A stretch of DNA of 64,000 bases from Botryllus schlosseri (Eukaryota), in NCBI GenBank assembly GCA_051294905.1, contig CM119376.1, positions 28,520,001 through 28,584,000 on the forward strand, in the 5' to 3' direction. The position numbers were made by a program, and so were the translations under genes. The notes beneath the pieces were generated by a model. The model worked only from the letters and a program-made list of their open reading frames with translations, was not told the origin of the DNA and searched no databases. The number at the start of each line of letters is the position of its first letter. Positions within the stretch are counted from its first letter, which is position 1. This document shows positions 40,229 to 55,009 of the stretch, piece after piece.

Positions 40229-41534
40229 AGCAAATCGACTGGGTCGTGAGAATCTTAATGAATGGCTGTGTGGATAAATATCTGTAGATTCATACTTAAG
40301 AACTGCTCCCGTAATTGCCTTAGCTTAAGATTGAGCAATGAACATGCATAATGTGGCCCAATTATTAATAAACATATATTCCAACCGTATATGATTATAC
40401 TTGCATCGGTTCGTGAGCTGACATACGCCATACGCCACTGCCGTGACTATATTACCGTGATGTAATTTTATTCATCCCTATAAAGACCTCCGGTGGATAT
40501 TAACGTGATGAACTTCAGAAAATCCGACGATATCGGACCCTTTTGTGGTACTGGTTAGAAGATTTTCCAATGTAATCGCTTTGAAATGAGTCACTTCGGG
40601 CTCGGAAAATCTTGTGGCGACTCCATTTATACGAGACCGTACATTGTTAGGTGATTTTGTTTAAAACCATTGATTTATACTTACTTCGAAGTGCTCGTAT
40701 CAATTAGAAGACACTCTTGGAGATACAGAACTTCACTCTATACAATTACATAATATATTCCAGTTTATTTTATTATGAATATGTTATTCAATCATATCAA
40801 TTATACTGAAACCGAACTAAAATGGAAATTTCACAGCGTCATTATCGGCATCTCCCTCCGATATATATTGAAGATGATCCGCTGCGATAACCTCGCCACT
40901 ATAGCGTTTACGAAAGGAATGGAATACGACAACAATATTAAGTCTATTACTCGAAGGGCTTGTTACGCAGATAATATCTGAAGAACACAGCCACACAAAT
41001 ATAACATCTGTAACGTGTACTTTCGCGGCGTAACATTTGTAGATAAAATTAGTGATTACTTCCTATCGAAATTACCTATATTTTTGCGTTACAGTCGTGT
41101 CGTTTGGTACCTACTACCTTGTTTCTAATCGTAGTAATAAACGCCTTTTTCTAAAGTGACGTAACTATAGAAAAAGTACTTAACAATGGTATAGGTCCCG
41201 GCATTTTTTTCTCTCTTCTCAATCACAAAAGCGACGCACTGGGACTAGATCGCGACAGATAAATGGTGGTTTGATCTCGAATTCGTCTTCTGGAAATTAG
41301 AAGGAATTTATTGCCAATCATAAGTTAGAGCGTGTTCTCGGCTTTTCGTGGCAACTTCTGCTCGCTTGTCGATAGCGTAAAAACGTGTATCCGACATTTT
41401 GCGGAAGGATTTTTTCTCGACTGGTTTCGATGGCGGATCGCGGATATTCGGTCGTAACTTTCAGTTATGATAGAGCAGGCATCATCGTTGGCATATATAA
41501 TATTGATAAGACTTTCTTGGGGGTACAGGACTTC

Positions 41535-41694
41535 AATATGCTATTGAATAATAATTCATATTAAAATAAACCCGAATGTTTTGGCTAACACTCGTCATGG
41601 GTAATAATCTACTAGTTGCTGACGATTGCCCTGACGAGTGCGAGTTTAAAATAGGTGGGTTTATTTCAATACGGATTTATTATTCAATTGAATA
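41535..41694. mobile_element. Spacer-less palindromic derivative of the long-TIR MITE family
   Basis: Two degenerate TIR arms meet at ACTAGT (41611-41616); arms match the ends of 16396-16739 and 56586-56940. Confidence 0.75.
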
Positions 41695-41970
41695 ATGATA
41701 AAGCGATAAAGGATATATTGTGGACAGATCTGGATGATATTCGTGTAAAGTGAATCTGTATATATCACTGTTTTAGCTTCCGAAATATTGATCTCATTAG
41801 TTTGACAGATGCAATATATCTTGGGTTTTGTCGATTTTTGTTGGATTGGTGCTCATGTCTATACCCCCTGTTCAGATATACTGCTTCGAACTCTGCTTAT
41901 TGTGTCTGCGTAATAATATCTACTTGACTTCTCGTCTTCAAACACTGGGCTCCGTGTCGAGTTTGTGTAG

Positions 41971-42777
<807 letters not shown>

Positions 42778-42814
42778 TAAATCCGCGCCTCCGTTTTTAA
42801 GTGCAATTAATATT

Positions 42815-42823
42815 GAAACCTGA
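42815..42823 (-). promoter_or_regulatory. Perfect MEF3-type SIX-binding motif (TCAGGTTTC), candidate
   Basis: GAAACCTGA at 42815-42823; GGTATCA motifs at 42863-42869 and 43271-43277; motif match only. Confidence 0.4.
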
Positions 42824-43730
42824 CTGATTCTTATGGCTTGGCGACACTTTAACAGAAATATCGGTATCAGCCGTTAGAGGTAATTAATATCCGCAATTTC
42901 GTGACTTCGCAACTTAGTAGTAGGGAATTGTAGAACTATAAATTGCGACTGTTGGACTGTGAATATTGATATATTTCTCATAGCTAACAGGCAGATGTGG
43001 CCAAGTCACCATTGGTGCTCTATTACAAGTAGAAGTAACACCTAAAATTCTACTCAAATACGCAAGTAGAAATGGTGATAGTAAAAAGCTAGTGTCACGC
43101 TTACAAACGTACAGATACCACCTTTCTAGTTTGTTACATGCTGCCTATGCGTGGCGATGGCTGTAAAGCTCTGTAATGAATGCTCTGAAGCCTTGGGAAT
43201 GTGCCACAAACCAGATTAGATCATTTGAACATGGGGAATAGCGGTTAAGGTGCTAGTCGTCGGTTTTATCGGTATCAGCTGAAAAATCCTAAATCGGTCA
43301 GGTTATTGTAATTAATACCCTTGCCGAGCAAAGCGTGAAACTAACATTTTCTGAATCTGTACAGAGTTTACGTCTTCGCCATGTGTAACTTGACGCGTCA
43401 ATCCGAACGCGTGTTGGTTTTGCGATAGTGTGAAACGGGCCCACGAGTGGATTTTCGTGTCGCGCATTGTAACTTGTTTTTGTCCGGCACGCTGCTACAT
43501 CCCACTTAACCTTCCGAATCGAGGGTGATCCATCAATAATCCGACGAAAATTTCGTGCGGATTGATAACGCCTTCTTGGTGTGATCCGGGAAAACTCCGA
43601 CATCGATACCCGGTACCCAAATTTGCGACATAGTCTTAGTATTTCAATATACCATACTATAATATACTATACTATACTATACAAGTGATACGATTGTAAA
43701 TATGCAATGTTCTCTTTCATTCACTATACT

Positions 43731-43804
43731 ACTTGCTGACGATTACGCTGACGAGTGTCAGCCTAACATAATCGAGTCTATTTCAATATAAATATATTAT
43801 TCAA
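43731..43804. mobile_element. Solo TIR of the long-TIR MITE family in the Six1/2 intron
   Basis: TGCTGACGATTACGCTGACGAGTGTCAGCC...TATATTATTCAA matches the right arm of 16396-16739. Confidence 0.7.
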
Positions 43805-45015
43805 CTCCAAGAGCTTCTGCAAATCTTAATATTGACATTTAACTAGTCAAAATTTTGCAAATTCACAAAATACGTGAGAGTATGCGATTCAAATAACGAA
43901 ATCTCGATAATTTCCAATTTTTTGATCAATCCCATCGGCGTGTCGCAACCGGCGTCCGAAAATATTCCGAATATCATTCGCTCGAATTTATTCGCCCGTT
44001 TCGTAATACGACATTATCCCCCCGCTGTTTTGGGGTAAATATTTACGTCGATTGGGCTTTATTCAAGATCTCGTCCGACCCGCGCGGGGAGCGGGCGAAA
44101 AAATGCTGGGAACCGCCTGCGATAAAGATTTGCGTTGCTTACACTCTTTACGCTTCGCTCTTTTCCCACACACGTACACGCGGCACTGAAAATAGTGCGC
44201 CGAAATTAGATTTCTACGAGTACCACCGTTTAACGCACCTTTCAGCTATAGAAAAAACCATTAATTTGAGATAGCGATTTTCCCATCGCGATAGACCGAC
44301 TGATCGCTATACTCGCTGATGTCGGAGTATATTCTCGATAGCGGAATTTAAATTCCGCGGCCCGCAAATATTGCATTCATGAAACTACCTCGCGCCATTT
44401 TGTTTTGTTGAATTCGCACGTATCAAATATTTATATTACCGAGTGCTGTGCGCTCTGAGTAGTAGAATAATCGTTGATCATTACGATCAAATTACGCGCT
44501 TAAAGTGATGTTAATCGATCATTATGCACTGTTGTAATAAGCGACCCGTTCACCTTGTCAAGCTACTATTTTCCGCTTTCCAGATATTTTTCGACAGTAT
44601 GTGCTGTAAACGATAATAGTGGATTCTGCCAATTTTCAACCTATGGCGTTGACTTTAAATCGAGTAAACGACACTTTTGGTAAATACTTGGACTTTCAAA
44701 GCCCTCCAATGAGTAGAAATAGTCAAATTCACCCAATTCGTACGGAGATATATATCCCAGTGATATAATTGTATGGTTTTTGTGTACCACCCCCAAGAAA
44801 CACGAAAAAGATGGTACAACAGTTCCCGCTACAACCCTGGAATATATTTCCATAACGATTGGTGTATTTGATATATTTTTTGACCCATTGGAATGCATGT
44901 CAAAGCACAATTTGGTATACTTTAAAGTGCAGATTACCTGATTAACCCCCGAGGGTGAAAATATATGGACACCCATTATAACCCATGGATTTACAGTGTG
45001 TTCAATTCCTTTCAG

Positions 45016-45586
45016 GGATGGCAGCGAATCCGGAATGCCAGGCGGAATGAGCACCGACGGCATGGTAACGCCCCCACATCAAGGCCTCGAAGGCAGCGTA
45101 TCATCCGGCCACGTCAGCAGCCCGAACGCGATGATGGACCAAAAACCCGGACTGGAAGCAATGCACGGACACCACCACCAGCTACCTCCTCACGTGCAGC
45201 AGATGATGCACCATCCCAACGACCCGATGATACAGTCTCAAGTTCACAGCCAACAAGGCCAGCATTCGCACACTCCACCTCACGGCCACCACGGTCATTA
45301 CCCGCAGGGTCCATCTCCCCCGTCTATTCCTAACAGTATGATCATGAGCACTATGCAAGACCCGCATTCGGCGCATGTTATCCACGCCGCGTCCACTGCT
45401 GGTCATTACACTATGGCTGGTATTCCGCACGGGTTGGGTCATCCTCACCACGACTTGCATTATCAACAACAGCTTCATTCTCAAACCGGTCACCATCAAT
45501 CTCCTGTTCCAGGGCTGCACACACCCGCGTCACAAAGAGACAGTATGATGCACCACCCAATGCCTACCACGACCTGGTCGACATAA
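45016..45586 (+). CDS. Six1/2: Six1/2 coding exon 2 (His/Pro/Gln/Met-rich C-terminal region); spliced CDS 1320 nt, 439 aa
   Basis: Acceptor TTTCAG|G at 45015; open frame DGSESGMPGG...PTTTWST* with stop at 45584-45586; 749+571 nt = 440 codons. Confidence 0.9.
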
Positions 45587-45732
45587 AACCTCTAAAAGTA
45601 TCGCTGTATCAATCAGAAATAGTCCTGATACCGGTGCAGGATCGCTGGTTTCAACTCGCCATATAAAGTTTGAATGATACAAATTCAGAATGGCCATCGT
45701 CTAATTTTGTGGTGAAAGATATTCCACTAGGG

Positions 45733-45990
45733 CAGGGGTTCTTAAACTTTTTTTATCGCTCAAAGTTCTGAAGCCGACGACCAAGAAATAAATTTAAAAG
45801 GGCTTCATTTTGTGCCCAAAAATCTATTTAGGCTCCTTGAAAAAGCTACCTGGTGACTAGATAAAATGAAAAGTTCATCTTATCAAGATCGACTCTATTT
45901 TGGCTGAAATTTGCTAGCTTATTTTGTAGTTGATGATGTATTCCCCTACAACTATATATAGTTCGCCCGCCCCAGTTTAAGAACCCCCGC
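45733..45990. mobile_element. hAT-type MITE in the presumptive Six1/2 3' UTR
   Basis: TIR CAGGGGTTCTTAAACT / AGTTTAAGAACCCCCG (15/16); degenerate TSD CACTAGGG vs TTCTAGGT. Confidence 0.8.
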
Positions 45991-46279
45991 TTCTAGGTAT
46001 ATATACTAAATGGTCATTTCGTCGGTTTCATAACAATGCAATACTGTATACGTACCAGATATTTGAGCTTGGCAAAAGTAGATATTCTACTTTTTACAAT
46101 TAGGGGGAATAAAAGCCGATGCAAGGCTTACTGTGCTATTCCTTTCTCTAACAGCAGTAATTATTTTAGAACGCGTTTCTGTTCTTTTGGACCAAATTAT
46201 TTATGATAGCCTCGCGTGAAAAGTTACGTGGCGACCTGTTACGGATGTCAAATCGGTGCTGCATATGTTTACTTGTTTC

Positions 46280-46285
46280 AATAAA
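46280..46285 (+). terminator. Candidate polyadenylation signal for Six1/2
   Basis: AATAAA followed by a T-rich tract (about 46291-46322); alternative AATAAA at 46108 and about 46335. Confidence 0.4.
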
Positions 46286-47949
46286 GATTATTACGTTTTC
46301 GTTTTTTTAATCTCATTTTTTCGTATTGAATATCAATAAATGACAATGAAAGCAATCGTGTTTTGTCGTGTGCGTTTTGTCATACTTTGAGATAAAGCAG
46401 CGGAAATATGATTTATATATGAAAGGTTGATTTGCCCGCAGAAAAACTAGTTGTAAGCCGTACAGTTCGGAAGTTTTGTCTTCGTCTTTATGCGTCTGAG
46501 AGCACCGATGCAATATGGCCGACTAAGCGAGAAAGCATCTTCCGTTGGTAGTACTGTACATGCGCGGAATTTGTCAAAATTATATTCTTACCATCCGGTT
46601 TTAAAATGCAGCGTCGTGTCATTTCGGTGTAGATTTGACCACTATGAGAAATACGATTTGGATTCGTGAATCAGTCCTCTGATATATGTATACGTATGCA
46701 GTAATTTATTAAAAATGTAGGCCTACATAACATCTACCATACAAGATATAGCCGCAACTCCCTGTAAAACAACTTAATTGATTCAGAAGGCCCGAATGGT
46801 ATAGTATACAGACCTTGCGTCCATAATTCATTGTGGTTCCTTCAAAATCATAGTATCACTGCTTGTATCTTTATTCACCTCCTCACACTCTAGATATCTA
46901 GTTACAAACTTCTAGTAAAACGGCACATGTCATCATCGAGGTGTTACCTAAGCTGAGGCCGAAGCGTTTATACGTTTAAACAGTTAGCTTGCAATCCGTA
47001 GGCCATTTTGAATTCGATATTATGTGGCATTTCATGCGGCGTATGCACGTGAGCACCATTCAGTCGGTGATATATTCTGCAGTAAATGGATTTCTTTATT
47101 AGAACAAATGATCTCGTTTCGAGTTGTCAGGCAAAGGTCACATAGTGTATGCTCCATAATGTAAGGTGTCTGAGAAATGCCATCCTCCATTCTACTTCTT
47201 ATCTAATGCAAATATAGAATTTTGGTAGATTTATGTCATAAGATTATATAGGATCAGGGGAAAATCGGAAAATCCTTCTCGGCATGACAAATCTTATTTG
47301 CAGAACTTTGGGGGTTATTTATAGGATTTTCGCTCATCCGTTTCGTGGCGCGTTAGTTGATTATTTTAATTTAGCATAAACAAAATTAAAGCTGCATCAA
47401 TTTGTTATGAGCTCTTTCAGGTGTTCACCTCCCGGGGAGAATTAAGCAATGTAACTCAGCAGTGCATAATACCGTCTGTGCTTTCTTAGGAACGCCTTTG
47501 AAACGCGAATTTCGTCTTTCGGACTGTTTTGCTACAGACGGATTCGACTTCAGGCGAAATGATATTTTCGCTACAAATAACTCGAAGTCCTTGGCGATAA
47601 GTAGGCTTAACGTCATATTTCTCAGCCAACCGAGCTGCCCCTTCGGTGTCAAGTTGCATATGTTTATATAGTAGCAGGGGTGAAATTTTCTTGGAATCTC
47701 GCAGCCATCTGTTTGCGAACAGCCTACGAAACGTTCACATAATCTCGGAATGAGGTGTTACAAGTGGAAACTAATAATGTTTGTGTTGCGGGAGAGAGTG
47801 AATTTCGCTTCGTATATTTAGTGTTGTTACGTATTATTTCTAGATGTCGAAAGACTTGAATTATTTCGTCGTTAATCACAAACTATTTGCTCGATACACA
47901 ATCATACTGGAAAATTGCAATTAAATGTTATACAGTTTAGGATCGTTTC

Positions 47950-48092
47950 GTTGTTGTTGTTGTTGTAGTTTGTGTTGTTCATGGCGTTTGTCAACTACTA
48001 TGGTCATTTACACCGGGTCAATTTCTTCATTTTTATTCCGTATAGCTGCTGACTTGTAGCTCGGCCCACTTCTAGGCTTTTATAAGACACCG
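47950..48092 (-). mobile_element. 3' part of the tRNA-derived SINE family with an (AAC)n tail
   Basis: Reverse complement AAAAGCCTAGAAGTGGGCCG...CAAACGCCATGAACAACACAAACTACAACAACAAC matches about 56325-56453. Confidence 0.8.
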
Positions 48093-49130
48093 TTTCATTG
48101 TGTGTATTATTGCTAAAAAATTGTCCCCTTTCTTAGGATCAGTCACAAGCACTGTTTGTGCCCGCAACCAAATATACACAATACATACATGCATGATTGG
48201 AATAGATATCTAATTATCAAAGTCTCAACCTGTAGTGTATAGTATATGACATCATATTAACATTGTATTGTGACTCAAAGATTCGCCTGCCCCTTCCTGT
48301 TAGTATGCATACAACCGTGGCCGTACTGTTGCAGTGCATGGACAATGGACATGACATATCGCCGGACCACCATTTACGCTTTGGTGCCGAATTATTGAAA
48401 TGACTCGACACCACAAAGCTATAAGCCTGTACTTAAGCAATCCTAATGTCAATCATTTTAAGACTCTGAAGAGTCCTCATAAGACACCGTCAAGAGTCGG
48501 ACAATATGTCATTCCGCACGCGTATTCACATATTTATAGACAATATCTGGCCGGATAATATTAAGATGTGTTACAGATTCTCAACAAGCCGAACAAACTG
48601 CGCGGCCAAAAGTGTTGCTAACATGACGTGTAAGAGTGTTTAGTTACAATCGCATAAACCTCGGCGATCCTCTCAAGTACCACGGAGTGATATATCGACA
48701 GCGTGTAATATTTCTGAACGCCGTAATCAAGAGCGGAGCGTTGACTCCTTCAGTAAAAAAGTACACTTTCATACATCATCCTTCACATTTTCGGAATAAT
48801 CTGGAAAGAAGCCTATGGCTCTCAAAACAAATCCCCTAACGATCATCGTACTTCTAACACGTGAGGGTGCATGGAATCGTTATCCTTACCAGAGTATCTA
48901 CCGGGAATTGACCGCGTAAATCTGGTTAAAACCGTTGAATAAAAAAGTAGTGCTTCAACGATCACGCAATTCCTATAATTTGATGTTCATTTCACTTTGG
49001 TTTATAAATAATTTCATCCTTTCAAAACACAGCAAGATTGCGATAAAACGAAAAGTTATTTACGGTTCATTTTCGTCGATTCCTTTTATGTTATCCCGGT
49101 ATGCATGTCTCTTATTTGCATGCTGTAGGC

Positions 49131-49240
49131 CAAGGTGGGTGTCCGATTAAAAGACTACTCCAAGTCATTTCGGTGCCCTCCTATCTTTTCACTATATCGC
49201 AATCTCGTGGTGACTTGATTTGATAAAAATATTAATAAAG
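49131..49240 (+). repeat. Dispersed ~110-bp repeat, copy 3
   Basis: AAAGACTACTCCAAGTC core; matches 13195-13303 and 29017-29128. Confidence 0.75.
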
Positions 49241-52200
49241 TGATGATGAGGTGTCGAAATGACTTGGAATAGTCTGTCAAGCAAACAGGCACCTTCGCAT
49301 ACAACATATAAATACGGAGCATCTTCATTGATTCATAAGTAAGTGTGTGACTACGCATTCTGCCAACTGTCATGATCATAATATGCAAGACTAGACGTCT
49401 CAAACCAAGGTGGGTGATAGCAAATTGCCAGAGGAATCGAAAATATCTTGCCTAGAGTGAAATCGCTCGAACTGTCACAACCAGCAAACAAGCTGAAGCT
49501 CCAGCACTCGACACAGCAGAGTTTTGGTGCGATGTACTAATTGAAGTATTACGAACAGTCGAACACACTTTTTCCACGTAACTTCAACGTTTATACTTTG
49601 CTGTGACCTCGCGGAACGGAGATGAAAGTGTTCACCGAATCGCTGTCAATACAAAACACAGAATTAGCGTGGATGAGCCTTGCTTAATATTGTCTACTCT
49701 TTTGGCGGTCTCTCGTTGTAAAAGCAGATCTGCTTGCAAATTTAGAGCTACTCCCGTATGCTCCCAGGATTTGGTTTGAAATTGTATATAAATTTGTATC
49801 TGATACCTCCATATAACCTATATTGACCCGGTGTACCCGCGAACTCATAGTTAAAATAATGTCTTGGAAGTCATCTCTTTAATCGACATTGTATTGAATC
49901 GGGTGTTTTCGACTCTCTTTCAGTAGTAAAGTCAAACCAACGTAGTGAAATATTCCTTAATTCATTTGGCCTTATCTGCATGTCAAAAATAATCAATTTT
50001 GCAATGAGAGTTTCGAAAACTGAAAATCATTCGTGTGTCCTATATGCGGATATCACGCGTGTCAATCTATATTAAGAGAAATGTCCTGTTTCTAGTTCAT
50101 TGGGTCTATAAGGGTAGACTTGCACAATATATTTATAGATAATAATTAGTTGTGTGAGCGCTACGTATATAGGCAAATGGATATATGATTACAATCATCG
50201 CAGCCATATGCATTGTTTTGGAGTGCAACCATCGAAATCACATCCACGGACTATTGATTTGCTGTATCATCATGACCAATTTCATTTTGTCATACTTTGC
50301 AAAATTTTGAGTTGGCAGTATGCTCGATCATTGTATTTTCCGACACTGTATCATCGTGCTAAAATGCAGCGGCACATGGCGCCATTTTGTTTGTTCGGCG
50401 GACAAAGTGCAATCGGTCGACTTTCTATCACACACTTGGTAGAGAGATAATGGTTCAAAACATTTACAAATCATATCATAATGAGGCGGCACCAACAAAG
50501 AGACTGGTGATTTCTCTAAAAATAATACTTTTCCTACGTCAAAGCGCTTTCTATATGTTCCACAAAAAACGCATTTGGAGAGTGCCAAAGTGACAATTCG
50601 ATATGTCTAAAATGAATCGAGGTTTTCCAGCTTCCGAACATATACTTCCTAGGGATTTGTATTTTACCGGTTATTACGACTAATGTGAGTAAATTGCTGT
50701 AACATCCACTAACCTTTTGTAATACGAGCCGCGCTCGTAGGTTCACTGGAACGATCGATGTTATCCGAAGTTCCATAATGACTGCTATTGCACAAGTGTT
50801 TATTCTGTATTGTATAATATTTCCTTTGTTTACGCATGTTCATGCAAATGAAAGGTGTGCATGGGAAATCGTAATTCTGCGCACACGTTAGGTGCATCCG
50901 ATAGCGTACATTCTGATGTACACATTTTAATGATCATTTGCTATTCTACCTATAAACAGGAGCATGCAGTATATGCTGGTACACAACCATGTTCTGCGTC
51001 TACCACGATGTACACCACCGTTACATGTCCGAAGCCATGCCTAAAACCCTCGCCAGATGTTTCCTTGCAGTAATACAGATAAGCCCAGATTTTTTTGTTT
51101 TGGGCGTGAGAACACTGGATTTACAGACTCTTCCTGGATTCGAATTGATGATTATCGCGAAATAATATGAGATCTGGACAATATATTGCATTTTGACTTC
51201 TGCACAATTTTGATTCAACGACTATAGACTTAACTTTGGACATGATGAATGAATCAATCAATCCGAAATATGGATTAGAATTAAATGACCTCATATCTGA
51301 CATATGTAGTTGAAACTCAATGTCTTCATTGTATATAGTTAGTTCCTATTTTGCTTTCGGGATATTGATTAAAAACGTCTTGCTATTCTTAATTATAATA
51401 GAGGACCGCACACAATGTTCTACTGGACCACATCACCGTTGTGAGAGGAATTATAAAGGCAACCACAAACAAAGTTATATGCCGTGATTGCTTTCACTAT
51501 TTTGAGTTCAACAGAGACGGCCTCCGACCACAGCGCGTTCAGACTGGGTTCTTTAAATGGAAATTCTGCCGACGACAAGGACATACTCAACTATATATAC
51601 GTTGATCTTCGCTCACATTGCTTATTCCATGTTGTTGCAGTAAAGATATCATGGTTGAGACTATATATCGTATGAGTTTGAATATAAAATAAGGGATATT
51701 TCATGTATCGTATTTGGTATATGTGAACCAAGTTATAAATTCAACCCGGTCGGTATCTCAAATGGTCTCATCGTTTACTTGAGTGATACATGAGGCAATT
51801 TACGATAGATAACGCGTGCTGTGATGATTTGGAGAACATTTACGAAACGCCATCCGGTTCTATGCTTGACCCCGCGATACAAACCCAGCCAAATGTCACA
51901 TAATAATGTAGGTGACCTTTTAGCACTTTTAACAAGGAAAACTTATCGCGCCAAGGCAATCAGTGTCTAGTTAGACTGAGCAGAGAATACTTGTTAGATG
52001 AAAGTTCCGCCGTTTAGTCAAGATTCGTTTGAAACAAAAAGGCCAAACAAAATAACACCAAGTCACCGATGCATCAACCGCAACCTATAGACTGCCCATA
52101 TTTCTCCCTACCTAACATCACTACGTGTAAAGTCATAAACGCCATAGATGCACTTTCTCATACGATATGGAATTGGTATAGTTGTACGCGTCCTATACGA

Positions 52201-55009
52201 TCAAGGTTATCATTACGAACGATTATGTAACACATAGGAAACAATTTTCAACCAAGAATCGCATCGGTACAAATATCATTGTGACATCATCCCCGTCGCG
52301 CGGAATGAAATCATATTTTCAAGCCGGCACCAAGAAATTCAATTCTCCGGCATCGAGTTTCTCGATGAAACATAAAATGCCGACTAGCTGCCGTGGATTT
52401 TTGGGACAGGGAAATCGAGTAGGGGTGAAATTTACAATAACATTGTCGTGCGACTTTACATCAGTGGTATTAATCAAGTCCCTTTTACCTCAGCAGTGGC
52501 ATCACCTTTCGCGGGGTCTGAGATGATGTAAAACAATGTAACTTTATACAAGCGAGCAGCCGCGACTCGATTTCCACGCCGAGCTTAGAGTGACTGGTTC
52601 TCAAGTGGGGCCGGGATCGGCGTGTGTCTCAAAAAGCACGCGTATGAGATACGCCAGAATCGTGCTTCCAGTGGAATCAAAAATGCAGAGATGCGGCCGC
52701 TGCTAGTCATCAGTCGACGGTGTAAATAGAAATGGTGATTTGAAACGACATGGGAGAATGAGCGTGAAAAGCGAATTGTTGGATACAATTTCAAAACCGT
52801 AATTTATAATGATACATCTTCGTGACTGTGTCGTCAATGCAAATACATGTCGAAAATCCCAAATGTAATCTCAGTACGGGACAATAGTTGCGTCTAAATC
52901 CAAACATGTAGCCCCTGTACCGTGGCAAACACCGTTAATTCTATTTTTCAACGAGATGGTCTCTTGCAGAAACGGTCAGAACACTGTACGTGTCATTGGT
53001 CGCTGCTAATTGGATTTACATCACAGCTTCTTACTCATTTCGCGCGACGGATTAAGTTCACTCTTAAAAGTCTATATAGTGTTTCTAAAAATATTGTTTT
53101 TGTAAATAAGACACAGCGTCACGAAAATTAAACGCGAGGTTTACACGGCTTTTAAGAAACTTTATCGCAGTCGGCTGGAGTCGGTTTCGCATTATGCAAT
53201 GATGATTAAATACAGCAAGTCTGATTTATATGGTTTAAATAGCGAATCATTCTACAGTGTTGATTACTTGATTAGTTATACTGCCGTCAAACGTAATTGA
53301 CAGTTTTAATTCGCGTGAAATCGTTACACATGATGAGGACTCAACACAAATAAACACTAATAAGTTACAAAGTTAGGGCTATCTAGATTTATATACGAAT
53401 TGAAAATTGATATACTTTGTTTCTCAAATCCGCTATACTCCCAACGTAATGATGGAGATAAATACATGACACATGCAGTTTGACTTGATTATTATAATTG
53501 AAACCATAAAGTCCTATATACATACACATGGCTATACACCCGCAATATCAGTTTCAGGAAAACGTTATTCCAAGTTATTTAGTAAGCAAAGGAAACTTGA
53601 AGGCATATTTAGTATTTCATTGTATGATCAGCCCATTATACCAACCAGCCACATGTTTACAATACATATTGTGATGATAATTGTTTTCAACGTCCATTAG
53701 TTGATTTGGTACATATAAACAATGAAAACGTATGAAAGACTCATATAGTGGTGATCAATAGATTGGCGAGAAACTGCTCCATCTATCTTATTCGATTTGA
53801 AATATAGACGCGTAATACACGATATCGGTATATGAATTGCCATGTGTAAACGGCCGCTGCAGAGTCAAAATGGCGATCGCGTATGTGTGGGTTGCGATCG
53901 ATGAGTGAAAACGTTTCAAAATCTAATCCTCAATTAACGGCTTACTCCTTCCGTCTACGACGTTCGACAACTTGCGAATGTATTCCTTAACGGGCCTTGA
54001 TGTATGTAGCCCGAAGCCCGTCTCGCAATTTACTTCGGTATGTAATCTTTTGATATAATTTTCCTGCGCACAATATAATGAATTTCCACGCGAAATACAT
54101 AGAAAATGTGTACACATTCGCTTGATTATCTAATACTGGATTGATTGTCGTCGCGTCGCGTCTGCAACTTCCGTTATTAAATACAGTATTGCTGAGATAT
54201 TTCAGTATCGTTCAATTACATCGCTGAATATTGCGAAACTTGAACGTACTTCATTGCCTGGCGATCGAAAGATAGATATCGTCGTTTTCATGACTTTATA
54301 TTTGAAGACATCTCGGCCACCTTGACCGTAGAGCAGAATTTGACTCCCGCTTCGACATAATGTCAGAATGCAAACGACAATTTACCTATCGGCGACCGTC
54401 ATTTTGTCGAAATCGTAATTGCCGAGATAAGAAGCGTCTGGGTGGCCCTCTCGAACAGTGCTAGGCACAAGGGCAAATGAAACGTGCGTCATGTCAAATG
54501 CGCTTGGAAGAAAACATTACACTCATCTGATAAGAGTTGCAGATATATAGAAAATGCCTTCGGATTAGGACTATTATACTCGTGTCTGACAAACTTGAGG
54601 AATTAGTTTGACTGTTATCGGATCTGCCCGGGAACAACTACTATTATAACCAATGTTTCAAATTATCTAAACGAGGTTGTAAAAACGATTTTCCAGTTAT
54701 TCAGACGGACTGCGTTCGTTTTGAGACTTCGGATGCGCGTGATTCATTCGATTTAACAATAGGAAGTTCGGTACAGCCGATAATGATTGGAAAATTGAGA
54801 AACGCCCTTAGATACCCTTCCCGTTCAGGGTCCGATCAGAATATTTTGGATTTGCATTATTCATATAATGGTAATATCCCGAAGTCGAGGCAATTTAATG
54901 TAATTTAGAATAACTTGATGGCAAAATGTAATGCGTGATTGTTCTATAACCTTCCACCCACGGTATCTAAATGTTTCGATTCGCTCTACAATTGAAAGCC
55001 TTATAGTAA

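Noticed and set aside
44641-45063. 140-aa minus-strand ORF overlapping the intron/exon 2 boundary
   Set aside because: No recognisable domain, mostly AT-rich intron sequence, and no splice or expression evidence in the sequence.
53866-53875. YY1-like CAAAATGGCG motif
   Set aside because: A single short match with no supporting promoter context; expected by chance in 64 kb.
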